A DNA stretch of 64,000 nt. Source: Malacoraja senta (lineage: Eukaryota). This document shows, in pieces, positions 47,785-60,033 of the stretch (position 1 is the stretch's first letter; every line of letters starts with the position of its first letter). The notes under the pieces are model-generated. The model was not told where the DNA came from, made no database searches, and saw nothing but the letters and a program-made list of their open reading frames with translations. The translations under genes were made by a program, and so were the position numbers. The DNA lies in assembly GCA_038087875.1 (NCBI GenBank), contig JAXLNO010001765.1:124001-188000 (forward strand), written 5' to 3'.

Positions 47785-50700
47785 TTTTTAAAATTTCAAA
47801 ATAGACTTTATTCAGGTAATGAATATATACAATACATGAACCGTGCGACAAATTCATCCGACATTTTCGGAGGCTATACAAATTGTTCAATGCAGTTTAT
47901 ATACATTTCTCACAAATCCGTCCCCCACCCGTGCCACTCATGTGCCCCCTGGCGTGGGATACCTTCCCTTATTTTGAGGGGCGTCTCCACCATACCGTGC
48001 CCCCCATGTCCAGCAGCGGGAGGACCCTAGACTGTGGTCCTCCCCCACCGAGCCTTGGCGTTGGCTGCACCGAGCTTCCAGTGCGTCCCTCAGCACGTAC
48101 TCCTGCAGTCTGCAGTGGGCCAGTCGGCACATTCCCTGACGGACATCTCACTCTGCTGGGTGGTGAACAACGCTCGGGCAGACCAAAGAGCGTCTTTCAC
48201 CGAGTTGATGACCCTCCAGCAGCACTCGATGTCCGTCTCTGAATGTGTCCCTGGGAACAGTCCGTAAACCACAGAGTTCTCTGTGACGGAGCTGTTCGGG
48301 ATAAAGCATGCCAGGGATCCCTGCATACTTCTCCAGACTCTTTTTGCAAATCCACACTCTGAGAAGAGGTGGGCAACCGTCTCCTCTCCATAGCAGCCGT
48401 CCCCAGGGCAGCGTGCGTTGGCAGTGAGGTTCCGACGGTGCAGGAAGGATCTGACTGGGAGGGCTTCCCTCACCGCCAGCCAAGCCAGGTCTTGGTGCTT
48501 GTTGGTGAGTTCTGGCGATGAGGCATTTTGCCAGACAAGCTGGGCAGTCTGCTCTGGGAACCACGCCACCGGATCCATCGAGTCCTTTCCCTGCAGTGCC
48601 TGCATTACGTTCTGTGCTGCCCACTTCCCAATGGACATGTGGTCAAAGGTGTTGGTCCGGAAGAACCTTTCCACAAACGACAGATGGGGCGGCAATGTCC
48701 AGCTGACTGACTGTGTGGCATCTGCGTTAGGCCCATCCTCGCAACACCGGGGACAGGTAGAACCTCAGCAGGTAGTGACACTTGGTGCCCACGTGCCTTG
48801 GCTCTACACTCCGCCTGATGCAGCCACACACAAAGGTGGCCATCAGGGTGAGGGCGGCGTTGGACACGCTTTTACCCCCGTTGTCTGCTGACTTGTACAT
48901 TGTGGCCCGGTTCACCCGGTCTATCCTCGACCCCCAGATGAACTGGAAGACAGCCCGGGTGATCCCTGTGGCGTAGGAGGGAGGGACAGGCCACACTTGC
49001 ACCAAGTACAGCAGCCCCGAGAGCACATCACACCTGATGTCCACATTTTTTCCGGTTATGGAGAGGGAGCGTTGCCTGCACAGCTCCTGCTTCTTCCCCA
49101 CCTTGGCTATCCGCTCCAGCCAATTCTTGTAACACGCCTCAGCCCGCCCGAACCAGATCCACAGCACCTTCAAAGAAGTCAGGCTTGATGGTAAAGGGGA
49201 CGGAAGATTGGTCGGGCCAGTTGCCAAAGAGCATGGCTTCGCTCTTCCTGCGGTTCACCCTGGCTCCCGTGGCCGACTCAAACTGGTCGCAGATGCTGAT
49301 CAATCTGCGGACCGACCCTGGATCCGAGCAGAAGTCAGCGACATCGTCCATGTACAGGGAGGTTTTGACTTGAATGGGTCTGGGGAATGTTATTCTCGTG
49401 TTGGTTGCCTTCAAGTCTGGCAATGTCACTCCACTTATGCTCGCATCCTTCCTGATGGACTCGGCAAAAGGTTCAATACAGCAAACAAACAAGACAGGAA
49501 AGAGAGGGAAACCCTGCCTGACTCCAGACCTTACAGGGAAACTGTCTGATTCCCACCCATTGATTTGGACTGCACTACGGATATTGGTGTAGAGCAGTTT
49601 GATCCAATTTCGGATTCCCTCCCCAAAACCCATTTTGGAGAGCACGTCCCTCATGTACTTGTGCGATATCCTGTCGAAGGCCTTCTCCTGGTCCAAGCTG
49701 ACTAGGAAAGGCATCCACCCGTCTGTCCTGCACATAGGCGATGGTATCTCTGAACAGCGCGAGGCTGTCTGAGATTTTCCTGCCAGGTACAGCACAGGTT
49801 TGGTCCGGGTGGATCACCTGTCCCAGAACAGACTTGACCCGGTTGGCGATGGCCTTAGACAGGGATCTTGTAATCTACATTCAACAATGTGATGGGTCTC
49901 CAATTTCTTTATGTCCTTCATCTCCCCTTCTGCTTGTAGATTAGGGTGATGCTGCCCTTCCTCATGGAGTCTGACATGCTGCTGGCTAGAAGCATGTGTT
50001 GTACACTTCCAGCAGGTCCGGGCCCACCCAGTCCCACAGAGCCGAATACAACTCGGCTGGTAAGCCATCGCTTCCGGGAGTTTTACTCGAGTCAAAGGAA
50101 CGGATGGAGCCAGTAAGCTCCTCTCGGGTCAGTGGTTGTCCAGACTCTCCCGCTTGCTGTCCTCTAAGACCTCCGTGATAGAGGACAGGAAGTTCTGGGA
50201 GGCGGTGCTGTCTGTGGCCTTTTTGTCATACAAATCCGTGTAAAAGGATTTGCAGATCCTCAGCATGTCCGTCTGCGAGGATGCTACCGAGCCGTCCTCC
50301 TCCCTAAGGCTGTTCATCACAGAGCTCCCCCTGTGAACCTTATGGAAGAAGAAACGTGAGCACGTCTCATCCTGCTCCACATGTACACTTCCTGGATCAG
50401 AAGATGATCTTGGAGGATTCAGAGGTAAAGAGCCAAGCTTGCCGGTCCTTCACCTCTCTAAGTTCCTCCCTCACATCCACCCCTCTCGACTGCAGAAGGC
50501 GCAGTTGTTGCAAATATGTCTGGAGTTGGCACAATTCCCTCTGACTCTGTCTTGCTCTCTGACCCCTTTAACTATGAAGAACCTCTTACTGTTCTCCTTG
50601 GTTGCTTCCTACCAGAGTGTCGGGGAGTCAAAGAGGGGCTTCACCGTTTTCCAACATGCGTAGTTCTTCAATGTTCTCTGGGGTCAACAGCTTCATATTT

Positions 50701-50810
50701 TACTTCCACGTCCCTCTGCCTGCCTTCTGGTCCTCCTGTAGGTGACAGGAAGCCTGAAGGAGGCAGTGGTCAGAGAAGAACACTGGCGTGAGGTCAGTGT
50801 GTCTCAACTG
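47785..50810 (-). mobile_element. Tx1/L1-clade LINE, ORF2 with frameshifts
   Basis: DQTCAVPGRKISD, LDQEKAFDRISH, GVRQG, LYMDD, and C-terminal CPGDGCYGEETVAHLFSEC zinc motif; AATAAA near the 3' end. Confidence 0.92.
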
Positions 50811-51819
50811 TCCCCAAAGTCTGTCCCTTAGTGGTGGTTTGTGAAGGGCTGTGGGCACCTGGCTGATGGGCTGGTCCTGTCCTTGTCACCTTTGGGTCTG
50901 GGGAATGTTATTCTCGTGTTGGTTGCCTTCAAGTAATTTCTATTAATGTGGGAGAGCTTTGCGCATACACTAGCGACATGATCTTCATTGGCTGGAGACG
51001 TGAAGCCCTGTGGCAGGGAAAGGCCAAGATGGATGGATATAGATCTCTAGTTCTCTGTAGCATGCATCCATTTGTGCAGCAGTACACATTCAGTAATCCC
51101 CTTCCATCACATCCACAAGCGTGATAGTCTGGTTTGCTGGCTGCACTGAGACTGAAAACATTTCTGAATGGAGCAGGGTATCTCCTTCATATTTTTATCT
51201 TGTGTGACAATCTCCTGCTTGAGGCTTCTCACACCCTTCAATGCTTGTTTGTGGGGGCAGGGGAGATGAGGAAATGACTATAATGGTACACAATCTTGTG
51301 ATTGTGCAGCACTTTACTGGGAAATAGTTAAAAGAATTCTTGCCTTTGCCTCAAATTTAACATGAGGATGAATTAAATTGTGGAGGCAGAGTGGGAGAAT
51401 TTTCTGCCCTAACGGAGAAGATTTGCATCACATTCTTCCTGCCTTCATGTGCAGTACACAGGGTGGCACAGTGGCACAGGTGCTGGAGCTGCTGCCTCAC
51501 AGGGTTCCATCCGGATTTTTTTTTAGTTCAGTTTAGAGATAAAGAGCAGAAACAGGCCCTTCAGCGCACCGATTCCGCACCGACCAAAATCCCCGTCCAT
51601 AGAACACACACACACACACATCCAATTAACCTACAAACCTGTGACATTTGGGGTGCTAATTCTGTAGCATAGTTTGGGTGGCTGCTGGTTTGGCCAAATG
51701 TGAAACTGATCCCTGAGTTGCGATGGGGAATGTGTGGAATTCCCTTTGTGCTTTTCTGTATCTTCCACTTATGGTGTACCACATTTGTGTCGTTTTGAGC
51801 TCTACACTAGTGGTGTATT

Positions 51820-52240
51820 CAGGGCTGGCCTTAAGCCGATTGGACCGATGGCTCCGAATTGGGCTTCGCGGAAATGGGGCCCGCGCTAATTTTCCGTATT
51901 TCGTACGGAAATACGAATTCGCGTTGCTAAATACAATTTTTTTTTTTTTTTAACATTTGCCTTGGATTTTTTTAAATTATAAACGAACATGGATAAAAAC
52001 CACTGCACCGGCCATCAGACAAAAACGATGTGTTAACTACCAGCGCGTTAACAGCCAGTAGTTAACACGTAGGTAGCTCGAGGTAGAAAATGTGTCATTA
52101 ATTAATGGATCCACATTCCTCAGTAAATGTACTTGTGTTTTGACCAATGACGCCCTGTGAATTTTATTCAAAGGAACGCGACGTCATTAATACTTGGTCA
52201 AAATACAATTACACTGAGGAATGTAGATCGATGCATTGAC
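51820..52240. mobile_element. hAT-like end followed by a small palindromic MITE-like sequence
   Basis: CAGGGCTGGCCTTAAG start; inverted pair ACATTCCTCAGT...TTTTGACCAA / TTGGTCAAAA...ACTGAGGAATGT at about 52110-52230. Confidence 0.5.
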
Positions 52241-52299
52241 GACATTGAGAATTTCTTAAAACTCATCATCATGGTTGAGGGCTCAGACCGCGAGCTTCT

Positions 52300-55200
52300 T
52301 CTTGGTGTGCAGGTTAGTCATTCACCTACCGACCGACGTTGTGTCTCCAGCACTCTCCAAGACGCCGCCTTCACCGACCTCCACGTCGATGCTGCCGCCG
52401 ACCTTCACCTGCCGACCGATGACGCCTAGCCTCGCCGCTTCTACGGTAACTCAGACTTCCTCCCCCTCGCCGATTCCTCCGAACCTCGCCACCCCCGGGA
52501 CCTCCTAACATCATCGCCGCCGGACCGGGCCCGCCTAATATCGCCGTTGCACCGGGCCTATTGAACATCGCCGCCGGACCGGGGCTCCCCGAACATAGCC
52601 GCCGCACCGCACCCTACTCACCCCGTCGCCTCACCGGGCTGGCCGAACCGCGCCTCCCCACCGACCATCCGCCTACCGGGTCCTCCCACGCATCGCCCGT
52701 GGACCCCGACTCTACTGCCCACGGACCCCGACCATCGGGTCCGCCGACCCTCGCCACTGCACCTCCCTCCAGCAGCCCGCAGCCGTCGCCTCACCTGCAG
52801 ACTGGTCTCTGTACTGGGCCCGAAGTCTCCACGCTGCTCACTCCCACTCTCCTGGGTTTGACTCCACTGGGTCCTAGCGCTAGTCTGCCTAGAACGGATT
52901 ACCTCCGTGTTAGTTCCACTGATTCTTCCCCATCCTTCTACAACTATGGGACTCCTTCTCTTTCCCACCCACACTACAGCCCGCCCACCCCCTGACCATC
53001 CACCACCCCCCCACCACACATCGCCTCGTCCCCATTCTACCCACCTGCCTTCCTCCGGCCCCAACCCCCATCCCTGCCGGGTGTTCACCATCCCCCCCGA
53101 CCTCCCCCTCTCCGACATCAAACGGTCTGTCCTCAGCAGAGGTCTTACCTTTGTCCCCCTCCGTCCGCACCTCAATGAGTTCCGCGCCCTCCATGACTTG
53201 TAACGCTTCTACCATCACCTCCACCTCACAGCTCACTTCCATGGGAAGGAGTCCTCGCCCCCCACTGATGACCTCTTTTCCCGTCTCCAACGCACCCCCT
53301 CCTCGTGGAACCCCCCTCGTAGCCTTCCGGCTTTAGAACTCTTCATCAAAAACTGCCGCCGTGACATCAACCGCCTCAACTTCTCCACTCCCCTGTCTCA
53401 CTCCAATCTCTCCCCCCCCTGAACGCACTGCCATCGACTCACTCCGCAACAACCTAGATTGGGTTATCAAACCCGCCGACAAGGGAGGTGCCGTGGTAGT
53501 CTGGCGCGTCGATCTCTACAAAGCTGAGGCCACGCGCCTACTCTCGGACACCTCCTACTTACCCCTGGACCATGACCCCACTGACGAGCACCAGGCCACC
53601 ATCTCCAGCACCACTCCCACGCCCTGCCCGACCGAGCCTCCAACCTCATCGTTCCCCAGCCCCGCACAGCCCGCTTTTACCTTCTCCCCAAAATCCACAA
53701 ACCTGACTGTCCCGGTAGACCCATTGTCTCTGCCTGTTCATGCCCCACCGAACTCATCTCCACCTACCTCGACTCCATCCTATCCCCCTTGGTTAAATCC
53801 CTCCCTACCTATGTTCAAGACACCTCAGACACTCTCCGTCATCTCCGCGCATTCCACTCTCTAGGCCCTCACCTCCTCATCTTCACCATGGACGTCCAGT
53901 CATTGTACACCTCCATCCCCCACCAGGATGGTCTCGAAGCCCTCCATTTTTTCCTCGACCGTAGAAGCAGCCTATACCCAGCCACTGACACCTTCCTCCG
54001 CCTAGTGGAACTGGTCCTTACCCTCAATAACTTCTCATTTGACTCCTCCGATTTCCTCCAAATACAAGGCGTAGCTATGGGCACACGCATGGGCCCCAGC
54101 AACGCCTGCCTCTTTGTCGGGTACGTAGAACAATCCTTGTTCAATGCGTACCAGGGCCCCATCCCCGACCTCTACCTCCGCTACATCGATGACTGTTTTG
54201 GTGCCACATCCTGCACCCACACACAACTGACTGACTTCATCCGCTTCACCACCAACTTCCATCCGGCACTCAAATACACCTGGACCATTTCTGACACTTC
54301 CCTACCATTCCTTGACCTCACTATCTCCATCGCAGGTGATAGACTTCTTACCGACATCCACTACAAACCTACCGACTCCCATGGCTATCTGGACTACACT
54401 TCTTCCCACCCTGCTTCCTGTAAGGACTCCATCCCCCACTCCCAATTCCTCCGTCTACGCCGCATCTGCTCCCAGGATGAGGCGTTCCACACCAGGGCAT
54501 TCGAAATGTCCTCATTTTTCAGGGAACGGGGGTTCCCCTCCTCCACCATAGATGAGGCTCGCACCAGGGTCTCTGCCATACCCCGCAACACTGCTCTCTC
54601 TCCCCATCCCCCCCACTCACAACAAGGGCAGAGTCCCCCTAGTCCTCACCTTTCACCCCACCAGCCGTCACATACAACAAGTGATCCTCCGTCAGTTTCG
54701 CCACCTCCAACGTGACCCCACCACTCGCCACATCTTCCCATCTCCCCCCATGTCTGCCTTCCGCAAAGACCGCTCCCTCCGTAACTCCCTTGTCAATTCT
54801 TCCCTTCCCTCCCGTACCACCCCCTCCCCGGGTACTTTCCCTTGCAACCGCAAGAGATGCAACACTTGTCCCTTCACCTCCCCCCTCGACTCCATTCAAG
54901 GACCTAAGCAGTCGTTCCAGGTGCGACAGAGGTTCACCTGCATCTCCTCCAACCTCATCTATTGCATCCGCTGCTCTAGATGCCAACTGATCTACATCGG
55001 TGAGACGAAGCGGAGGCTTGACGATCGTTTCGCCGAACACCTCCGGTCGGTCCGCAATAACCAACCTGACCTCCTGGTGGCTCAGCACTTCAATTCCCCC
55101 TCCCATTCCGTATCTGACCTCTCTGTCCTGGGTCTCCTCCATGGCCACAGCGAACAACACCGGAAATTGGAGGAAATGCACCTCATATTCCGCTTGTGCA

Positions 55201-55450
55201 GTCTACATCCTGGGGGCTTGAACATTGAATTCTCCCAATTCTGCTAGCCCTTGCTGTCCCCTCCCCTTCATCAGCCCTCTGGTTGTCTCCTCCCCTCCCC
55301 CAGCCCTCGGGCTCCTCCTCCGCCTTTTTTCCTTTCTTCTCCCCACCCCCTATCAGTCTGAAGAAGGGTTTCGGCTCGAAACGTTGCCTGTTTCCTTCGC
55401 TCCATAGATGCTGCTGCACCCGCTGAGTTTCTCCAGCACTTTTGTGTACC
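52300..55450 (+). mobile_element. Near full-length Penelope-like element, frameshifted
   Basis: Pro-rich N-terminus, LSRGLTFVP, KPADKGGAVVV, TMDVQSLYTSIPH, YLRYIDD, GIY-YIG IYIGET, 3' pLTR; almost identical to 17160-18560. Confidence 0.95.
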
Positions 55451-56120
55451 CATGAGATTTTATACCTTTTTTTTTGCTTTTTAGGACATCAAGCAGTTGT
55501 TGGACAGGTACGTAGCTGCAACGGTTTTCTGTACGTGGCTGATTAGTTCATCGTTGGTAGCTGTGCAGGGAGTTCACAGCGTTGAGAGACCCAGGAGGTC
55601 TTTGCTTCACTCTTCCCTGAGTGAGTTGGTCCCATCGCTGGTCCCCAGTTACTGTTGGGCAGACACTTGTAGGGAAGCAGACTTAGTGCGCAGGGCTCCC
55701 GGACGTTTCTGCTCACTTCCCCTGAACCATGGCTCTGGAGCACATGTAAAGTCATCTAAAGAGCTGTTGGAAATATAAAGATCCAGAGAATTATAAACAA
55801 AAGCAGCTTGAAAGATAAAGGTCCAGAGAATAAAAAATGCCAGAAGAGTCTCAACCCAAAACATCACATCCAAGTTTTCCAGAGATACTGCCCGACCTGC
55901 TGAGTTACTCCAGCACGTTGTGTACTTTTCTGTACACCAGCATCTGCAGTTCCTTGTTTCTACATAAAGTCATCTCTGGTTAATAGTTTTCTGCTTTGTT
56001 TAAAATTTGGTGCTTCAAGTTTGAGCTCCCAGAGATATGAGCACAGAATACCAGGCACTCCACAGGATTAGCAACAAATAAAATGCTGCAGGAACGTGGT
56101 GAGTCAGGCAGCATCCGTAG

Positions 56121-59100
56121 AAAAATAGAAAAATAGAAACATAGAAAATAGGTGCAGGAGTAGGCCATTCGGCCCTTCGAGCCTGCACCGCCATTCAATA
56201 TGATCATGGCTGATCATCCAACTCAGAATCCTGTACCTGCCTTCTCTCCATACACCCTAATCCCTTTAGCCACAAGGGCCACATCTAACTCCCTCTTAAA
56301 TATAGCCAATGAACTGGCCTCAACTACCTTCTGTGGCAGAGAATTCCACAGATTCACCACTCTCTGTGTGAAAAATGATTTTCTCATCAGTCCTAAAAGA
56401 TTTCCCCCCTATCCTTAAACTGTGACCCCTTGTTCTGGACTCCCCCAACATCGGGAACAATCTTCCTGCATCTAGCCTGTCCAACCCCTTAAGAATTTTG
56501 TAAGTTTCTATAAGATTCCCCCTCAGTCTTCTAAATTCCAGCGAGTACAAGCCGAGTCTATCCAGTCTTTCCTCATATGAAAGTCCTGACATCCCAGGAA
56601 TCAGTCTGGTGAACCTTCTCTGTACTCCCTCTCTGGCAAGAATGTCCTTCCTCGGACTAGGAGACCAAAACTGTACGCAATACTCCAGGTGTGGTCTCAC
56701 CAAGACCCTGTACAACTGCAGTAGAACCTCCCTGCTCCTATACTCAAATCCTTTTGCTATGAATGCTAACATACCATTTGCTTTCTTCACTGCCTGCTGC
56801 ACCTGCATGCCCACTTTCAATGACTGGTGTACCATGACACCCAGGTCTCGTTGCATCTCCCCTTTTCCTAATCGGTCACCATTCAGGTAATAGTCTACTT
56901 TCCTGTTTTTGCCACCAAAGTGGATAACCTCACATTTATCCACATTATACTGCATCTGCCATGCATTTGCCCACTCACCCAGCCTATCCAAATCATCTTG
57001 CAGCTTCCTAACACCCTCCTCACAGATAACACTGCTCCCCAGCTTCGTGTCATCCGCAAACTTGGAGATGTTGCATTCAATTCCCTCGGCCAAATCATTA
57101 ATAGATATTGTAAATAGCTGAGGTCCCCCACTAGTCACTGCCTGCCATTCTGAAAAGGACCCGTTTACTCCTACACTTTGCTTCCTGTCTGCCAGCCAGT
57201 TCTCTATCCACATCAATACTGAACCCCCAATACCGTGTGCTTTAAGTTTCTATATTCATCTCTTATGTGGGACGTTGTCGAAAGCCTTCTGAAAGTCCAG
57301 ATATAACACATCCACTGGTTCTCCCTTATCCACTCTACTAGTTACATCCTCGAAAAATTCTATAAGATTTGTCAGACATGATTTACCTTTCATAAATCCA
57401 TGCTGACTTTGTCCAATGATTTCACCATTTTCCAAATGTGTTGCTATCCCATCTTTAATAACTGACTCTAGCAGTTTCCCCGCTACCGATGTTAGACAAA
57501 CTGGTCTGTAATTGCCCGTTTTCTCTCACCCTCCCTTTTTAAAAAGTGGGGTTACATTAGCTACCCTCCAATCATCAGGAACTACTCCAGAATCTAAAGA
57601 GTTTGGAAAAATTATCACTAATGCATCCACTATTTCTGCGGCTACTTCCTTACGTACTCTGGGATGCAGCCTATCTGGCCCTGGGGATTTATCGGCCTTT
57701 GATCCATTCCATTTACCTAACACCACTTCCCGGCTAACCGAGATTTCACTCAGTTCCTCCATCTCATTTGAACCCCGGTCCCCAGCTATTTCCGGCAGAT
57801 TCATTAAGTCTTCCTTAGTGAAGACAGAACCAAAGTAGTTATTCAATTGGTCTGCCATGTAGTTGTTCCCCATGATCAATTCACCTTTCTGACTGCAAGG
57901 GACCTATATTTGTTTTAACTAATCGTTTTGTCTTTTTCTGGCTAATTTGTATGCTTCAGCTTTTGTTTTGATACTATCCCTGATTTCCCTTGGTATCCAC
58001 GGATGCACTACCTTCCCTGATTTATTCTTTTGCCAAACTGGGATGAACAATTGTTGTAGTTCATCCATGCAGCCTTTAAATGCCTTCCATTGCATATCCT
58101 CGTCAAACCGTTAAGAATCAATTGCCAGTCTATCTTGGCCAATTCACGTCTCATACCCTCAAAGTTACCTTTCTTTAAGTTCAGAATCCTTGTTTCTGAA
58201 TTAATTATGTCACTCTCCATCCTAATGAAGAACTCAACCATATTATGGTCACTCTTGCCCAAGGGGCCACGCACAACAAGACTGCTAACTAACCCTTCCT
58301 CATTACTCAATACCCAGTCTAGAATAGCCTGCTCTCTCGTTGGTTCCTCTACATGTTGGTTTTGAAAACTATCCCGCATACATTCCAAGAAATCCTCTTC
58401 CTCAGCACCCCTGCCAATTTGATTCACCCAATCTATATGTAGATTGAAGTCACCCATTATAACTGTTTTACCTTTGTTGCACGCATTTCTAATTTCCTGT
58501 TTGATGCCATCCCCAACTCCACTACGACTGTTAGGTGGCCTGTACACAACTCCCACTAGCGTTTTCTGCCCCTTAGTGTTTCGCAGCTCTACCCATATCG
58601 ATTCCACATCCTCCAAGCTAATGTCCTTCCTTTCTATTGCGTTAATCTCCTCTCTAACCAGCAACGCTACCCCATCTCCTTTTGCTTTCTGTCTATCCCT
58701 CGTGAATATTGAATATTTCTGGATGTTCAGCTCCCAGCCATGCCTCCGTGATCCCAACTATATCATAGTCATTAATAGCTATCTGCACATTCAACTCATC
58801 CACCTTATTACGAATGCTCCTTGCATTGAGACACAAAGCCTTCAGGCTTGTTTTTACAACACTCTTACCCCTTATACAATTATGTAGAAAAATGGCCATT
58901 TTTGATTTTTGCCCTGGATTTGTCTGCCTACCACTTTTACTTTTCACCTTGCTACCTATTGCTTCTACCCTCATTTTACACCCCTCTGTCTCTCTGCTCA
59001 CATATTTAAGTAACCCACCACCTCTTATTCTCTGTTTATCTTTTTCTTCTTTCCCCCCTACATGTTGGGTCTGAGTGCTTCCCTGCTCTGCCTCCTGCCT

Positions 59101-59290
59101 CACACCCTGTCTACTAGCTTTCTCTATTTGAGTCCCTCCCCCCAACCGTTCTAGTTTAAAGTCTCCCCAGTAGCCTTTGCAAATCACACCGCCAGGATAT
59201 TGGTCCCCCTCGGGTTCAAGTGCAACCCGTCCTTTTTGTACAGGTCACACCTTCCCCAAAAGAGGTTCCAACGATCCAGAAACTGGAAGA
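56121..59290 (-). mobile_element. Second long CR1 copy, with deletions
   Basis: Same EN/RT/ORF1 text as the 24476-28165 copy, with indels. Confidence 0.95.
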
Positions 59291-59731
59291 AGATGGACAG
59301 AAGATGTTTTGGGTTGGGGCCCGAATGGAGTAGAGGGGAGAAAGCGTGTAGGGAGAGGTGAGGGTGAAGGGTAGGGGAGGGGCTGGTGACAGGTGGATCT
59401 AGGTGGGTAAAGGTAGTTTGGCAGATGAGGGAGAGAGGGTAGAGATTGGAACTGATACAGGAGGCGACAAGTGGAGAAGACAAAAAGGTGTTGTTGGTGG
59501 AATCTGATGAGCTGGGGCGCAAAATATAAAACCACGTGGAGGGATAGTTGTTTGAAGGGAATGGGGCAGGTTTGGAATGTAGGGCCTGGGGTGGAGAAGG
59601 GTGGGAGATGCTCTGGGTTCCAGCAGTTGCAGTCTCTTGTGTGTAAAGTCAGATTCATACAGCATTGAAACAGGCCCTTAAGCCCAACTTGCCCACACCC
59701 ACCAACATGTCTCAATTACACTAGTCCCACC

Positions 59732-59941
59732 TGTAGAGCCGTGCATGTTCCTTTAACATGGTGACCTCACTTCTACTAACCACTCCCCATTAGCTTCAGT
59801 ATAAATGTAACCTTCCCACCCCTAGCTCGCTCTCTAGCTCCGGTAACGGACCACGAACAGCTAGGGCAATATGTGTGTATACGAATACAATGTATGCAAT
59901 AAACTAGAGTGAAGACACCATGTGTTTGGACAGTCTTTACA
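59732..59941 (+). repeat. 5' LTR of a Gypsy retrotransposon
   Basis: TGTAGAG...TTTACA termini, TATAAA and AATAAA inside; followed by PBS TGGTGTCAAGAAGTT (tRNA-Leu-like). Confidence 0.85.
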
Positions 59942-60033
59942 TGGTGTCAAGAAGTTAACCCTGCGTCTCCTGTTCATCGGGTTTGTTTTCTTTTCTCCAA
60001 GTGTTTATTTTCCTTTCCAACTATTTATGTACT

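Noticed and set aside
55465-55778. Possible degenerate MHC alpha2 exon (LHVLQ..., YLSNNCL) or plus-strand 93-aa ORF
   Set aside because: The motifs are in different frames separated by stops and the conserved alpha2 residues are missing; no recognisable protein on either strand.
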